A stretch of DNA of 64,000 bases from Alphaproteobacteria bacterium (GTDB taxonomy: Bacteria; Pseudomonadota; Alphaproteobacteria; JAUHZC01), in NCBI GenBank assembly GCA_030425805.1, contig JAUHZC010000002.1, positions 20,448 through 84,447 on the forward strand. The letters are read 5' to 3'. Each line of letters opens with the position of its first letter. Positions within the stretch are counted from its first letter, which is position 1. Positions 9,002-18,258 of this stretch are shown here, in pieces. The position numbers were made by a program, and so were the translations under genes. The notes beneath the pieces were generated by a model. That model searched no databases, was not told the origin of the DNA, and worked only from the letters and a program-made list of their open reading frames with translations.

Positions 9002-10105
9002 ATGGGGTTTCAATGTGGGATTGTTGGATTACCGAATGTCGGAAAATCCACCCTTTTTAATGCACTCACAGCAACAGCTGCTGCAGAGTCTGCAAACTAC
9101 CCCTTCTGCACCATTGAACCTAATACAGGACGTGTAGCTGTACCAGACTCCCGCCTTGATCAAATAGCTGAGATTGCTGGATCCCAGAATATCATTCCGA
9201 CCAGTCTGGAATTTGTTGATATTGCAGGCCTTGTGAAAGGCGCCAGCAAAGGAGAAGGATTAGGCAACCAATTCCTTGGGCATATCCGGGAAGTCGATGC
9301 CATTATCCACATGCTCCGCTGCTTTGAAAGTGATGATATCACCCACGTAGAAGGCTCTGTTTCCCCCCTGCGGGATAAAGAAATCATCGAAACTGAGTTG
9401 ATGATTGCAGATTTAGAAAGCCTGGAGAAGCGCCTCCCTGCCCTAGAAAAACGCATCCGTGGCCGGGATGAAGAAGCTGTCCACCTGAAGTCTCTTTGTG
9501 AAAAAGCGATTGCCCTTCTCAGTGATGGGAAGCCTGCTCGCCTTCTTGAACCCACAGAGGCTGAGGCTCCGCTTATGAAGCATCTCCAACTTTTGACCCA
9601 AAAACCTGTGCTTTATGTTTGTAATATTGGCGAAGATGAAATCGGATCCCCTGATAATGAACATGTGAAACACGTGAAGGACGTTGCTGAAGCTGAAGGC
9701 GCAAAAGTCGTCACCATCTCTGCTGAGATTGAAGCCCAGGTTGCCGCCCTAGAGACAGAAGAAGAGAAAACGGAATTCCTCCAAGCCCTCGGCCTTGACC
9801 AAACAGGACTAGGGAAAATTGTAAAAGCTGGCTATGATCTCCTGGGCCTTATGACCTATTTCACAGCAGGCCCTAAAGAAGCCCGAGCTTGGACTGTTCC
9901 CAAGGGCGCCACAGGCCCTGAAGCTGCAGGCGTTATTCATACAGACTTTCAACGCGGCTATATCTGCGCTGAAACCGTCAGCTTTGAGGATTATATTGCC
10001 CATAAGGGTGAAACCGGGGCCAAGGCCGCTGGAAAACTCCGCCAAGAAGGCAAAGAATACATCGTCAAAGACGGTGACGTCATCCTATTCCGATTTAACG
10101 TTTAA
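9002..10105 (+). CDS. ychF: Ribosome-binding ATPase YchF (Obg-family GTPase)
   Basis: MGFQCGIVGLPNVGKSTLFNALT P-loop and a C-terminal TGS domain ending VKDGDVILFRFNV. Classical pth–ychF neighbourhood. Confidence 0.92.
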   Translation: MGFQCGIVGLPNVGKSTLFNALTATAAAESANYPFCTIEPNTGRVAVPDSRLDQIAEIAGSQNIIPTSLEFVDIAGLVKGASKGEGLGNQFLGHIREVDAIIHMLRCFESDDITHVEGSVSPLRDKEIIETELMIADLESLEKRLPALEKRIRGRDEEAVHLKSLCEKAIALLSDGKPARLLEPTEAEAPLMKHLQLLTQKPVLYVCNIGEDEIGSPDNEHVKHVKDVAEAEGAKVVTISAEIEAQVAALETEEEKTEFLQALGLDQTGLGKIVKAGYDLLGLMTYFTAGPKEARAWTVPKGATGPEAAGVIHTDFQRGYICAETVSFEDYIAHKGETGAKAAGKLRQEGKEYIVKDGDVILFRFNV

Positions 10106-10123
10106 CTCCGCAACAAGTCTATG

Positions 10124-10161
10124 TATGGATTGCAGCAATGCTTACGCTCCTCGCGATGAGG
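10124..10161. repeat. Single copy of repeat module F (ATGGATTGCAGCAATGCT..GCTCCTCGC...)
   Basis: atggattgcagcaatgcttacgctcctcgcgatgagg also occurs, with a few changes, at 17957-17990, 23527-23560, 23736-23765 and 57341-57380. Confidence 0.6.
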
Positions 10162-10260
10162 ATGGTGAATGATAAGATAAATATTCCTCTTGAAAAAAAT
10201 ATTTATTTTTCATAAAAAAGAAAAACTATTTTTTACTTTCATTTAGATCAACAAAAGATA

Positions 10261-11676
10261 ATGTTATTTCTTAAATATATACCTGTATTTATTTTTTGCC
10301 TTCTTTCATCCACAGGATACTGTGCTGATGCAGCAGCTGCAGGAGGAGTCGATACTTTTGCAGATAAATATGCCCAAGCTGTGTCTCTACGAAACGAGTG
10401 CTTAACCGGTGGAAAAGTCGTAAACATAGGGAAGCTCATCAACGCTCAAACTTTTTTCATGCATTGTTTGTGTGGGAAAGGAGATATTCCCGGAAAAGCT
10501 ATGCACAACCTTGGCAGACTTTTCTACGCAATAGGGGATTTGCCCCTCGCCCAATTTTGGTTTCAAGCATCTTGGGACCGTCTTGGTCTGGGCGCAACAA
10601 AGAAGAATTTAGAGACTGTATGTGCAGAAATGGAAGGAAGTGAACCATCAGCAGAAACCCCACCTTCAGTTTCCCTTGCTACATCTTTTGAGGATCTTCT
10701 AACAAAGGCAGTGTTTGATGCTAACAGTCAAAAATATTTACAAGTAGCACTTATGCGCAAAAGCCTTAGTGACGATTTAAAGACAATAGCGGGAATTTGC
10801 TATAGAGATCCCCTGATTGCCTCAAAGGCTCTCCTTGCAGCTGCAGAACATCCCTTAAAGGGGGCTGTTGGCCAAATCTTTGTTTCTGATCTTGAGCTTG
10901 AAGGAGGGCAGAAGATAAATGCCACCTGTGTGCATCTTGGAGGAGGGCATATTCTTGCTAATGCACACTTTTTAACAGCTGTTCTTGATATTGCTGGTGG
11001 AGCCCTGCCTGCTAAAAAAATCTTAAGCAAGACAACTATCAGTTTAGAGGGGCGACTCTATTCCGTGCACTCTGGGTTGTTAAAAAAAGGCCATGATACA
11101 GAGCTCAACCCTCCTCTTACATCGGGTGCATTTGATTTTCGTAATGATCTCTTGCTCCTTCATTGTCCAGAAGCAGCTGGTGCAGCGACAATCCCTGTTG
11201 CAAAGGCTGCTTCTGCAGAAGAATTTCCTATGGCGTGTACTGTCCTGAGTTATGCCACGCCGAAGGTTGGTGATTTTTCTACATCATTTGCAGCATTACC
11301 TGTTCTTGCAATGTCTGAAGCTAGGCTTCATCGTGAAGAAGGAATGTATCCTCGTTTGTTCCCGGGTATGGAAGGGTGCTTAACTGTTGATGTTGCAACA
11401 ACAAACCCTGCAGAATTAGCGTTTGCTGATGCTCATGTTCCGGACCTTCACTTACCAGCTGCTTATGGCTCATCTACTTCAGGTTCTCCTTTTATCAATT
11501 CAAAAGGAGAAATTGTCGGAATTCTTGCTAATTCTCATGTATCTGTTACTACAGGAGAGCCCCCTGTATATATAAATACAAATTTTATTGTTGACCTTAC
11601 AAGGCCAGAAATCAGGTCATTTCTAGCTGCTAACTTGGGGAGTGCACCTCCGGCGGATACCATTTTTGCAGAATAA
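10261..11676 (+). CDS. Secreted protein with C-terminal trypsin-like (S1/Trypsin_2-type) serine-protease-like domain
   Basis: Leader MLFLKYIPVFIFCLLSSTGYCADA. Candidate catalytic triad in canonical order: His in GGGHILANAHFLTA, Asp in NDLLLLHC, and Ser in GSSTSGSPFINSKGEIVGILANS (a GDSGSP-like box). Confidence 0.5.
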   Translation: MLFLKYIPVFIFCLLSSTGYCADAAAAGGVDTFADKYAQAVSLRNECLTGGKVVNIGKLINAQTFFMHCLCGKGDIPGKAMHNLGRLFYAIGDLPLAQFWFQASWDRLGLGATKKNLETVCAEMEGSEPSAETPPSVSLATSFEDLLTKAVFDANSQKYLQVALMRKSLSDDLKTIAGICYRDPLIASKALLAAAEHPLKGAVGQIFVSDLELEGGQKINATCVHLGGGHILANAHFLTAVLDIAGGALPAKKILSKTTISLEGRLYSVHSGLLKKGHDTELNPPLTSGAFDFRNDLLLLHCPEAAGAATIPVAKAASAEEFPMACTVLSYATPKVGDFSTSFAALPVLAMSEARLHREEGMYPRLFPGMEGCLTVDVATTNPAELAFADAHVPDLHLPAAYGSSTSGSPFINSKGEIVGILANSHVSVTTGEPPVYINTNFIVDLTRPEIRSFLAANLGSAPPADTIFAE

Positions 11677-11704
11677 TCTTCCCTCCAGCCCTCCTCTTTT
11701 TTTA

Positions 11705-11843
11705 CAGTCATCGCGAGCCCTGACAGGGCGCGGCGATCCATAAGATGCTTGGATTCCGGGTCGGAGTCTGGAATGACGATGCAGCCTTATGAAGGTCACT
11801 CCGGACCCTCACACTAAAGTCACCCCGGACTTGATCCGGGGTC
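11705..11843. repeat. Composite palindromic repeat element (modules A-B-C), downstream of clpP
   Basis: Reads gtcatcgcgagccctgacagggcgcggcgatccataagatgcttggattccgggtcggagtctggaatgac...gtcaccccggacttgatccggggtc. About 95% identical over roughly 100 nt to 57241-57340. Contains hairpins ATCGC..GCGAT, ATTCCGGG/CCCGGAAT-like and ACCCCGGA/TCCGGGGT. Confidence 0.8.
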
Positions 11844-11854
11844 TATAATTAAAG

Positions 11855-12490
11855 CTAAGCTGCCACTTCTTCAGTTGAGGTAGGACGGTTAGTGATAACG
11901 TGATCAATAAAGCCCAGTTTCTTTGCCTCTTCAGGGCCTAAGAAACGGTCACGCTCAAGGAGCTCTTCGATCTTCTTCACACTTTGCCCAGAAGCTGTCG
12001 CATACATCTCGTAAATACGCTTACGGAGCTCAATGATCTCACGGGCATGAATTTCAATATCTGTCGCCTGACCCCGAGCACCACCTAAAGGTTGGTGAAC
12101 CATGATGCGGGAGTTGGGCAATGCATAGCGCTTGCCTTTCGATCCCATCGTGAGCAAGAGAGATCCAGCAGAGGCTGCTTGTCCCATGCAAATGGTTGCT
12201 ACATCTGGCTTGATATAATTAATCGTATCCATCATCGCCAAGGCCGATGTCACCACGCCACCCGGAGAATTGATATAGAGGAAAATATCTTTCTTAGGAT
12301 TCTCTGACTCCAGGAATAGAAGCTGAGCACAAATCAATGAAGCCACCTGGTCATTCACCTCCCCTGTGAGGAAGATAATTCTTTCTTTCAAAAGACGGGA
12401 ATAGATGTCGTATGAACGTTCCCCCCGGTTTGTTTGCTCAACAACCATTGGTACCAATGTACTTGCTACGGTGGGATCAAATTCGCTCAT
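11855..12490 (-). CDS. clpP: ATP-dependent Clp protease proteolytic subunit ClpP
   Basis: Motifs [20 protein letters not shown] and [22 protein letters not shown]. Catalytic Ser-His-Asp context conserved. Confidence 0.93.
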   Translation of the reverse strand: MSEFDPTVASTLVPMVVEQTNRGERSYDIYSRLLKERIIFLTGEVNDQVASLICAQLLFLESENPKKDIFLYINSPGGVVTSALAMMDTINYIKPDVATICMGQAASAGSLLLTMGSKGKRYALPNSRIMVHQPLGGARGQATDIEIHAREIIELRKRIYEMYATASGQSVKKIEELLERDRFLGPEEAKKLGFIDHVITNRPTSTEEVAA

Positions 12491-12654
12491 AGAAACCTCT
12501 CTATCTGTTATGTGTTCTCTTAATATAACGCACTTTCCCCCCTCTTCCTAGAGGTGAAAATTTTTCACCATATAAAAAAACGGACTGAAGCAAAAAAATA
12601 TTTTCTTGATTTTTTCCATAACTCAAAATAAAAGGGAATAAATTTGAGAAAATT

Positions 12655-13584
12655 ATGCATAAAATACTTATCTATTTAATTTTATTACTCACCTTTAATA
12701 CAACTTTCTCTGTGTTTGCTGCAGGAGTAGCAGAAGGAAGTGGCGCAGCAGCCATGGAAGGGGGCTCAACAGCAGCACTTAGCCTGCATCCTGTTGTTAG
12801 CTCAGAAGACTTATGCCGAGCCCTAAAGGTTGCAGCTGAGGGAAGCAAAGAAAAAGGGCCAGAATTTGTTGATACTGATCCTAAGGGAATTTGGGAAGGT
12901 TTCCGGGATTTCAATGAGGAAAGGGAACGACTGGAAGGTCTTCGCCACGGCAGAGTTCCTGACTGCGCCATGAAAATCTACGTTATAGAGGCCCGCTCTC
13001 CAGGAACAGGTCCTGCTGATGTCGGTTACCTCATCTTAGATAGGCCGATAACACTTGAAGGAAAACTTAAAAATGACGCAGAAGAAGATGATGATGGTAT
13101 TTCTGATTATGAATCAGCATTGTCAGTGGAGGCTGCAGTTGCTGCCACATCAAGACGTCCAGAATACTATACAGAAATAATTAGTTTTGTTCTCCCAAAA
13201 TACCGTGGACGGGGAATTGGCAAAGGGCTGAGAGGCCTCATCATTGATATGGTACATCCCGCAGTAGGAATCCCCTGTTTGGATGGTATTTTTGCGGGTG
13301 CTTTGTCTGTTGTTAATGGAGAAAACACCAGACAGCTTCACATTGCTGGAAAATATGGCTCCCTCACTTTTGGGCCAACAGTTCCCCCTATTATCGTCCC
13401 CGTTGTAGACAACCTTGGAATCAAAGATGTCTACTTTACCTATCCACCTCGTAGACTTCCCCCAACCGCAAACCCAAGATTCTATGCTCAGATGGTGGAT
13501 GCCTTGAGACGGGGGGATAAAGACAAGACTCTTGAATGCTGGATACGGTACGTAAGATCTATAGCATCTAAAAGATTCCGATAA
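12655..13584 (+). CDS. Secreted hypothetical protein with GNAT-acetyltransferase-like motif
   Basis: Leader MHKILIYLILLLTFNTTFSVFAAG. C-terminal half has VGYLILD...ISFVLPKYRGRGIGKGLRGLIIDM, which fits the GNAT motif-A acetyl-CoA loop (V.P..RG.GIGK.L). Confidence 0.45.
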   Translation: MHKILIYLILLLTFNTTFSVFAAGVAEGSGAAAMEGGSTAALSLHPVVSSEDLCRALKVAAEGSKEKGPEFVDTDPKGIWEGFRDFNEERERLEGLRHGRVPDCAMKIYVIEARSPGTGPADVGYLILDRPITLEGKLKNDAEEDDDGISDYESALSVEAAVAATSRRPEYYTEIISFVLPKYRGRGIGKGLRGLIIDMVHPAVGIPCLDGIFAGALSVVNGENTRQLHIAGKYGSLTFGPTVPPIIVPVVDNLGIKDVYFTYPPRRLPPTANPRFYAQMVDALRRGDKDKTLECWIRYVRSIASKRFR

Positions 13585-13586
13585 TT

Positions 13587-14255
13587 TCATTCACCTCGTG
13601 GTGGGGAAAGTGATGCGACAGCAAGAAGAAATTCCCGTGCCCGAGGTTCAAGAACTTCACTTTTTGAAAGCATTCGAAACACATGAGAAATGGATGCTGA
13701 CATTTGGCGAAGGCCATCCATCTTAAGAGCCTCCATCTGAGAGGGGGTAAGGTTTATATAGACAAATAAACCTTCCTCCTCTTCCTCAATCCAGCTGCGG
13801 GGTGAAGCCAGAGAGTCAAAACTCTCTCCGGCTTTCAAAACCTGGATAATGAGTATCATTGACCCGCCTTTCAACCTTTCTTCCAGAGGGGCATAATTCA
13901 AGAGAGCTTGAGAATTCGGCAGGCGAAATGCAAAAAAATCCTCCCATCTTTCACAACAAGCTTCTTGGACAGATTGCTGACAAAAGGGATGCGCTCCTTC
14001 AATTTCATTGCGCACCTTTACAAGAGATGTCCTTGTAATACCAGGTATGCCTATAGCTGATCCAAGCAGAGCCTTAAAGGATGCTCCCCGCACAAGATGC
14101 TTTCCTACAGTACCTGCATAATGACACCGAGCAGCCCATAAGGGATCTTCCGGAATCCGGCTAGAATGTGAAGAAGATAAAACAATTGCCCCAAACCCTT
14201 GAGAAACAAAACAAATGTGAAAAATAATAACGAATAAATACTGTTTCGGATTCAT
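13587..14255 (-). CDS. Secreted hypothetical protein
   Basis: 222-aa ORF convergent with 12655-13584. Leader MNPKQYLFVIIFHICFVSQGFGA. No recognisable domain. Confidence 0.45.
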   Translation of the reverse strand: MNPKQYLFVIIFHICFVSQGFGAIVLSSSHSSRIPEDPLWAARCHYAGTVGKHLVRGASFKALLGSAIGIPGITRTSLVKVRNEIEGAHPFCQQSVQEACCERWEDFFAFRLPNSQALLNYAPLEERLKGGSMILIIQVLKAGESFDSLASPRSWIEEEEEGLFVYINLTPSQMEALKMDGLRQMSASISHVFRMLSKSEVLEPRAREFLLAVASLSPPRGE

Positions 14256-14316
14256 TGTAATTCAAAATATAACTTTACAAGTTTTCCGAATTATTAGATT
14301 TAGATCAATCTTTTTT

Positions 14317-14898
14317 TTAAATTTGATCCAGGTGCGCACGGAAGCGCTTAAAGTCAGCTTCGATATCTGGATTTTTCAAAACATCATAGCACACAAAGGT
14401 TTCCAGTGGGGTCATGCCAAAAAACCTAAAGTTCATATGGGTCGGAAAAAAAAGATCATCCACACTCTTTCCCTGGAATAGATACTGTGCCGGATCCTGG
14501 AAAGCCTCTTTCGGGGCATTAAAGGTAAGTGAAAGCATATACTGCTTCCCGACCAAGGTTCCCCCTGATCCATAGTGACGGGATGAATCCTTTCGAGTTC
14601 GCCCATCGCCATCGCTGAACTGGCCAGACATACCTGCAGAATAAATTTCATCAATATACTTCTTTGTTCCCCAGGGCAGCCCCATCCAATGCACGGGCGT
14701 TTGCAAAAGAATTACGTCTGCCTTTTGATGTTTCTCAAGCTCATCAGAAACATCATAATCATCTCCCATTGCAGTATGGAGAACCGTATACCCCTTTTCC
14801 TGAAAGCAACGATCAGCAATATCCACAAGCGTTCGGTTCAAACGCCCTTTTTCATAAGGAGAGGGCATATGGCCGTTGATGATAAAGACTGTTTTCAT
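14317..14898 (-). CDS. mdaB: NADPH:quinone oxidoreductase MdaB (flavodoxin-like fold)
   Basis: The motif series [62 protein letters not shown] and [10 protein letters not shown] closely follows E. coli MdaB. The start codon overlaps the lptB stop (ATGA). Confidence 0.75.
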   Translation of the reverse strand: MKTVFIINGHMPSPYEKGRLNRTLVDIADRCFQEKGYTVLHTAMGDDYDVSDELEKHQKADVILLQTPVHWMGLPWGTKKYIDEIYSAGMSGQFSDGDGRTRKDSSRHYGSGGTLVGKQYMLSLTFNAPKEAFQDPAQYLFQGKSVDDLFFPTHMNFRFFGMTPLETFVCYDVLKNPDIEADFKRFRAHLDQI

Positions 14899-15698
14899 CA
14901 GGACTCTATCAAAGGAGTGGTAAAGGTATCCCCAAGATAAATCCGTCGGACACCTTCATGGGCAACCACTTCTTCAGGAAGACCGTCCATCAGTACTTTT
15001 CCTTCAGCAATGATATAGGCCCGATCCACAATTTCCAGCGTATCACGAACATTGTGATCCGTAATCAGCACACCAATGCCGCGATCTTTAAGATGGCGAA
15101 TCAGTTCCCGGATATCTCCCACAGCAATGGGGTCAATCCCAGCTAAAGGCTCATCGAGCAAGATAAATTTTGGACTTGCTGCCAGAGCACGGGCAATTTC
15201 AACCCGGCGGCGCTCTCCTCCCGATAAGGTTTGGCTATTGGCATGGCGCAGATGTTCAATCGAGAATTCAGCCAAGAGCTCTTCCAAACGCTCCCGACGT
15301 TTCTCGTGATCATCCACATTAAGCTCAAGAGCCGCCAGAATATTTTGCTCTGCCGTCATCCCTCGAAATACCGAAGCTTCTTGGGGCAAATACCCAATCC
15401 CGTGGCGGGAACGAACATGCATCGGAGCCTGGGTCAAATCCATATTCTCAAGAATGACTTGCCCAGATGTGGGCTGAATCAGACCTGCAATCATAGTAAA
15501 ACAAGTAGTCTTCCCTGCCCCATTTGGCCCGAGGAGCCCCACAACCTCTCCTGCAGAAACATGAATGGAAATATCATTCACAACCAGCCGACCTTTGTAG
15601 GCCTTTTTCAGCCCCACAGCCTTAAGCTGAACAGGCTGAGGTTGCGTTTCTTGAGAAATTGTTGTTTGATCCATTGTTACAGAGGCACCCAAATTCAC
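14898..15698 (-). CDS. lptB: LPS export ABC transporter ATP-binding protein LptB
   Basis: Walker [10 protein letters not shown], signature [16 protein letters not shown], Walker B ILLDEP, and the LptB-specific C-terminus [10 protein letters not shown]. Near colinear with E. coli LptB. Confidence 0.85.
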   Translation of the reverse strand: MNLGASVTMDQTTISQETQPQPVQLKAVGLKKAYKGRLVVNDISIHVSAGEVVGLLGPNGAGKTTCFTMIAGLIQPTSGQVILENMDLTQAPMHVRSRHGIGYLPQEASVFRGMTAEQNILAALELNVDDHEKRRERLEELLAEFSIEHLRHANSQTLSGGERRRVEIARALAASPKFILLDEPLAGIDPIAVGDIRELIRHLKDRGIGVLITDHNVRDTLEIVDRAYIIAEGKVLMDGLPEEVVAHEGVRRIYLGDTFTTPLIES

Positions 15699-15836
15699 AG
15701 CCTACCTTAAACTGGTTTGAGCTGTTGAATCAACAAAAATGGCACAGCATAAGTTTTTTACTCTTTTTTCCTGATAAGGTATTTCCATTAAATTTGATTT
15801 AATTTACACTGAAAGCAATATCGAGGTTTTATATCC

Positions 15837-16508
15837 ATGAAAAAGACACTGTCATTTCTTCTTCTCACAACAGTCCCCACCCTTGCCAGCGCTGAATTCT
15901 ATGCAGGTGTTCAAGGCACAGCCACCCGCCTTCGCGTGACCGGCACAACGGATGAAGAGGGTTTAGAAACGGTAAACATTTCAAAAAATAGCTCCAACCT
16001 GTCTTTTGGAGTCTATGGTGGGTACAATCACACATTTACTGAAAAAATAATGGCAGGGATTGACTTAGCATTAGATTTTCCTGCTCACACAAAGGAAACT
16101 TTTATTGTTTCTAAAGCTGACGGTGACCCCTATGATGACGGTGCACATTCAGTCTCATACCAGAGAAAATTTAGCGTGACACCTTGTGTCACACTTTCTT
16201 ATGTCCAGAATAAAGAATGGACATTTTACGTTAAAGCTGGTCCCTCTATCTCAAGGGAAGGAGCCACTTTAACAAAGGGAAGTTCAAATACTAAAGAAGT
16301 CATTAAAACAAAAGTTAGACCGTATCTTGGTTTCGGCTCTACATACAACATCAATAAAGTTGGCATCAAGCTTGAATATGCACATATTTTTGGTAAGAAG
16401 CGGATTGCTGTTACGAATGTGGCAGGTGCTGGTGGAGATAATGGTAATGTCTATCTCAAGCAGTCTCCTGGGCACAATTTCAAAATCGGGGTGCATTATA
16501 GGTTTTAA
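15837..16508 (+). CDS. Small outer-membrane beta-barrel protein (OmpA-like / Omp25-like 8-strand barrel)
   Basis: Leader MKKTLSFLLLTTVPTLASA. Alternating amphipathic beta pattern (GVYGGYNH, TFYVKAG). C-terminal aromatic signature GVHYRF. Confidence 0.6.
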   Translation: MKKTLSFLLLTTVPTLASAEFYAGVQGTATRLRVTGTTDEEGLETVNISKNSSNLSFGVYGGYNHTFTEKIMAGIDLALDFPAHTKETFIVSKADGDPYDDGAHSVSYQRKFSVTPCVTLSYVQNKEWTFYVKAGPSISREGATLTKGSSNTKEVIKTKVRPYLGFGSTYNINKVGIKLEYAHIFGKKRIAVTNVAGAGGDNGNVYLKQSPGHNFKIGVHYRF

Positions 16509-16510
16509 CA

Positions 16511-17710
16511 ATGAAAAAATTTGTATCTATATGTTTCCTTCTTTTGTTATCCTTTGACGCATGGGGAGCTGCTACGAAATTCTCAAAAGCAGAAGAGGAA
16601 AGGTCTGTCAGAAAGCTTTTAGAAAGGATTGGACGTAAGTCACCAACCAGAGAGCTTGTTGATTTTTTCATTTCAAAACTTCCTGAATTAAGGGGGTTAC
16701 CCAGCAAAAATGCTCGAACAGCAAGAGCAACCAAGCTGTTAAAAGATTACACCGCTGAGAAGAAAGGCGAAGCAAAAGCTCGTGCCGCAGAGGCTGCCAG
16801 GTTGCGAGCTGAGAGAGAGGCGGCGGCTGCTGCTGTAGACAGAGGAGGTGCTGATGGGCCAGTGGATGCAGGGGGTGATTTAGCATCTCTTGCAAGTTCT
16901 GAGGAGGTCGACGACCCTGATGAACGCGCAAGAAGAGAAGCTCTTGCTCTAGAAGAAGCTATTGCGCTGCGAGAACTTGCACGTGCAGAGAGAGCTCAGC
17001 GGGTAGAGGCTGAAGAAAGCGCACGCCGTCAAATTGGAAATATTACAGCAGCACAGAGAATAGGGAAAGCCTGGAGAGAGAGGACTCAGCGTGGAGTAAT
17101 GCGGGACCTTGGGGGTGCTGCAAGAGAACGCGTTAGAGAAGCTAGAGCCCAACGTGAGACTGCAGTAGCAGAACGAGCGGAAGCTGTTGCTGCAAGAGAG
17201 GAAGCAGAAGCTCAACGTGAGTTAGCACAAACCGCACAGCAAGAAGCAGAAGCCCAACGTGCGGCTGCAGAAGCAGAACGAGCAGAAGCTGTTGCTGCAA
17301 GAGAGGAAGCAGAAGCTCAACGTGGGTTAGCACTAGCAGCGCAAGCAACTGCTGAGGGTGAACGTGACGCCCTAATTCGTGCTGTTTATGGGTTAGGTGC
17401 AACAGATGGCATTACAGCAGGACAGAGGGACAGAGCACTTGAAAGAGCGAGAATAAGCCGGCAGCTTCGAGAGGAATTGATTCGGCGGGATCAGGATCCA
17501 GTTAACTGTAAGTTTAGAAGCTATGCAAGAGGTGCAAATACTGACACAGAGCTTCAAGTTTTACAAAATGCTTTGGATGCTCTCCTTGTAGCAGCTCCTG
17601 AGCCAAGAACATGTTTTCCTCTCGGGCGTGGACCGTGGGCTATACAAGGGCAAATCCACAGGGATTTCCTTGCACCACCAGCAGCGGCAGGGGCGGCAGC
17701 TGCTGAATAG
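16511..17710 (+). CDS. Secreted Ala/Glu/Arg-rich coiled-coil repeat protein
   Basis: Start is 2 nt after the barrel gene stop. Leader MKKFVSICFLLLLSFDAWGA. A 105-nt (35-aa) tandem duplication AEAVAAREEAEAQRELAQ.../AEAVAAREEAEAQRGLAL... lies at about 17163-17340. Confidence 0.6.
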   Translation: MKKFVSICFLLLLSFDAWGAATKFSKAEEERSVRKLLERIGRKSPTRELVDFFISKLPELRGLPSKNARTARATKLLKDYTAEKKGEAKARAAEAARLRAEREAAAAAVDRGGADGPVDAGGDLASLASSEEVDDPDERARREALALEEAIALRELARAERAQRVEAEESARRQIGNITAAQRIGKAWRERTQRGVMRDLGGAARERVREARAQRETAVAERAEAVAAREEAEAQRELAQTAQQEAEAQRAAAEAERAEAVAAREEAEAQRGLALAAQATAEGERDALIRAVYGLGATDGITAGQRDRALERARISRQLREELIRRDQDPVNCKFRSYARGANTDTELQVLQNALDALLVAAPEPRTCFPLGRGPWAIQGQIHRDFLAPPAAAGAAAAE

Positions 17711-17740
17711 AGGGTTATAGTCTTCAGCTTTACAAATAAA

Positions 17741-17769
17741 AGCCTCAGAACATCCTGGGGCTTTTTTTA
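17741..17769 (+). terminator. Rho-independent terminator
   Basis: agcctcag-aacatc-ctggggct stem (8 bp with one G-U pair) followed by T7. Lies 30 nt after the 16511-17710 stop. Confidence 0.6.
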
Positions 17770-17814
17770 TTTAAGAAGAAACAAGAACCGATGCCCTTGT
17801 TCAGTGCTTCTTCT

Positions 17815-18185
17815 GGACCCCGGATCAAGTCCGGGGTTTCGAGGGGAGGTCCTGGGGTTTCGAGGAGAGTCCTTGGGTTTTGATGAGGAGTGATAAGATT
17901 TAGGCGAAGGGTGCTGAATTTTACTGCGAGGCCTGAAGATCTGTGGCAGTCTGTACGTGGATTGCCACGTCGCTGCGCTCCTCGCAATGACCTTGAAAGT
18001 TTGTGCTTCTTGCAATAACCTCATTACCATTAGGAAACCTGCTCCCTTCTATCGCGAGCCCTCACCCTTCTCTATTGTCATCGCGAGCTCGAAGGGCGTG
18101 GCAATCCATATATCGAAATTCCAGCGAAGGCTGGAATCCAGGATTATCTTCTCCCCTGCAAAAGCAGGGGGCTGGTTTTTATTTT
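17815..18185. repeat. Mosaic palindromic repeat cluster (modules C, G-rich GGGGTTTCGAGG repeats, F, A with 1.5 copies, D, E)
   Basis: Carries ggaccccggatcaagtccggggt; ggattgccacgtcgctgcgctcctcgcaatgacc; ctatcgcgagccctcacccttctctattgtcatcgcgagctcgaagggcgtggcaatcc; attccagcgaaggctggaat (GNRA-type loop); and cccctgcaaaagcagggg. The same modules recur at the other repeat loci. Confidence 0.8.
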
Positions 18186-18258
18186 ACTATGAGGTTAAAT
18201 TTTCAGCACTCGCGATGGCCAAAACCTGTTTCTCGACTTTCCAGAAGGAGATTTCCGG

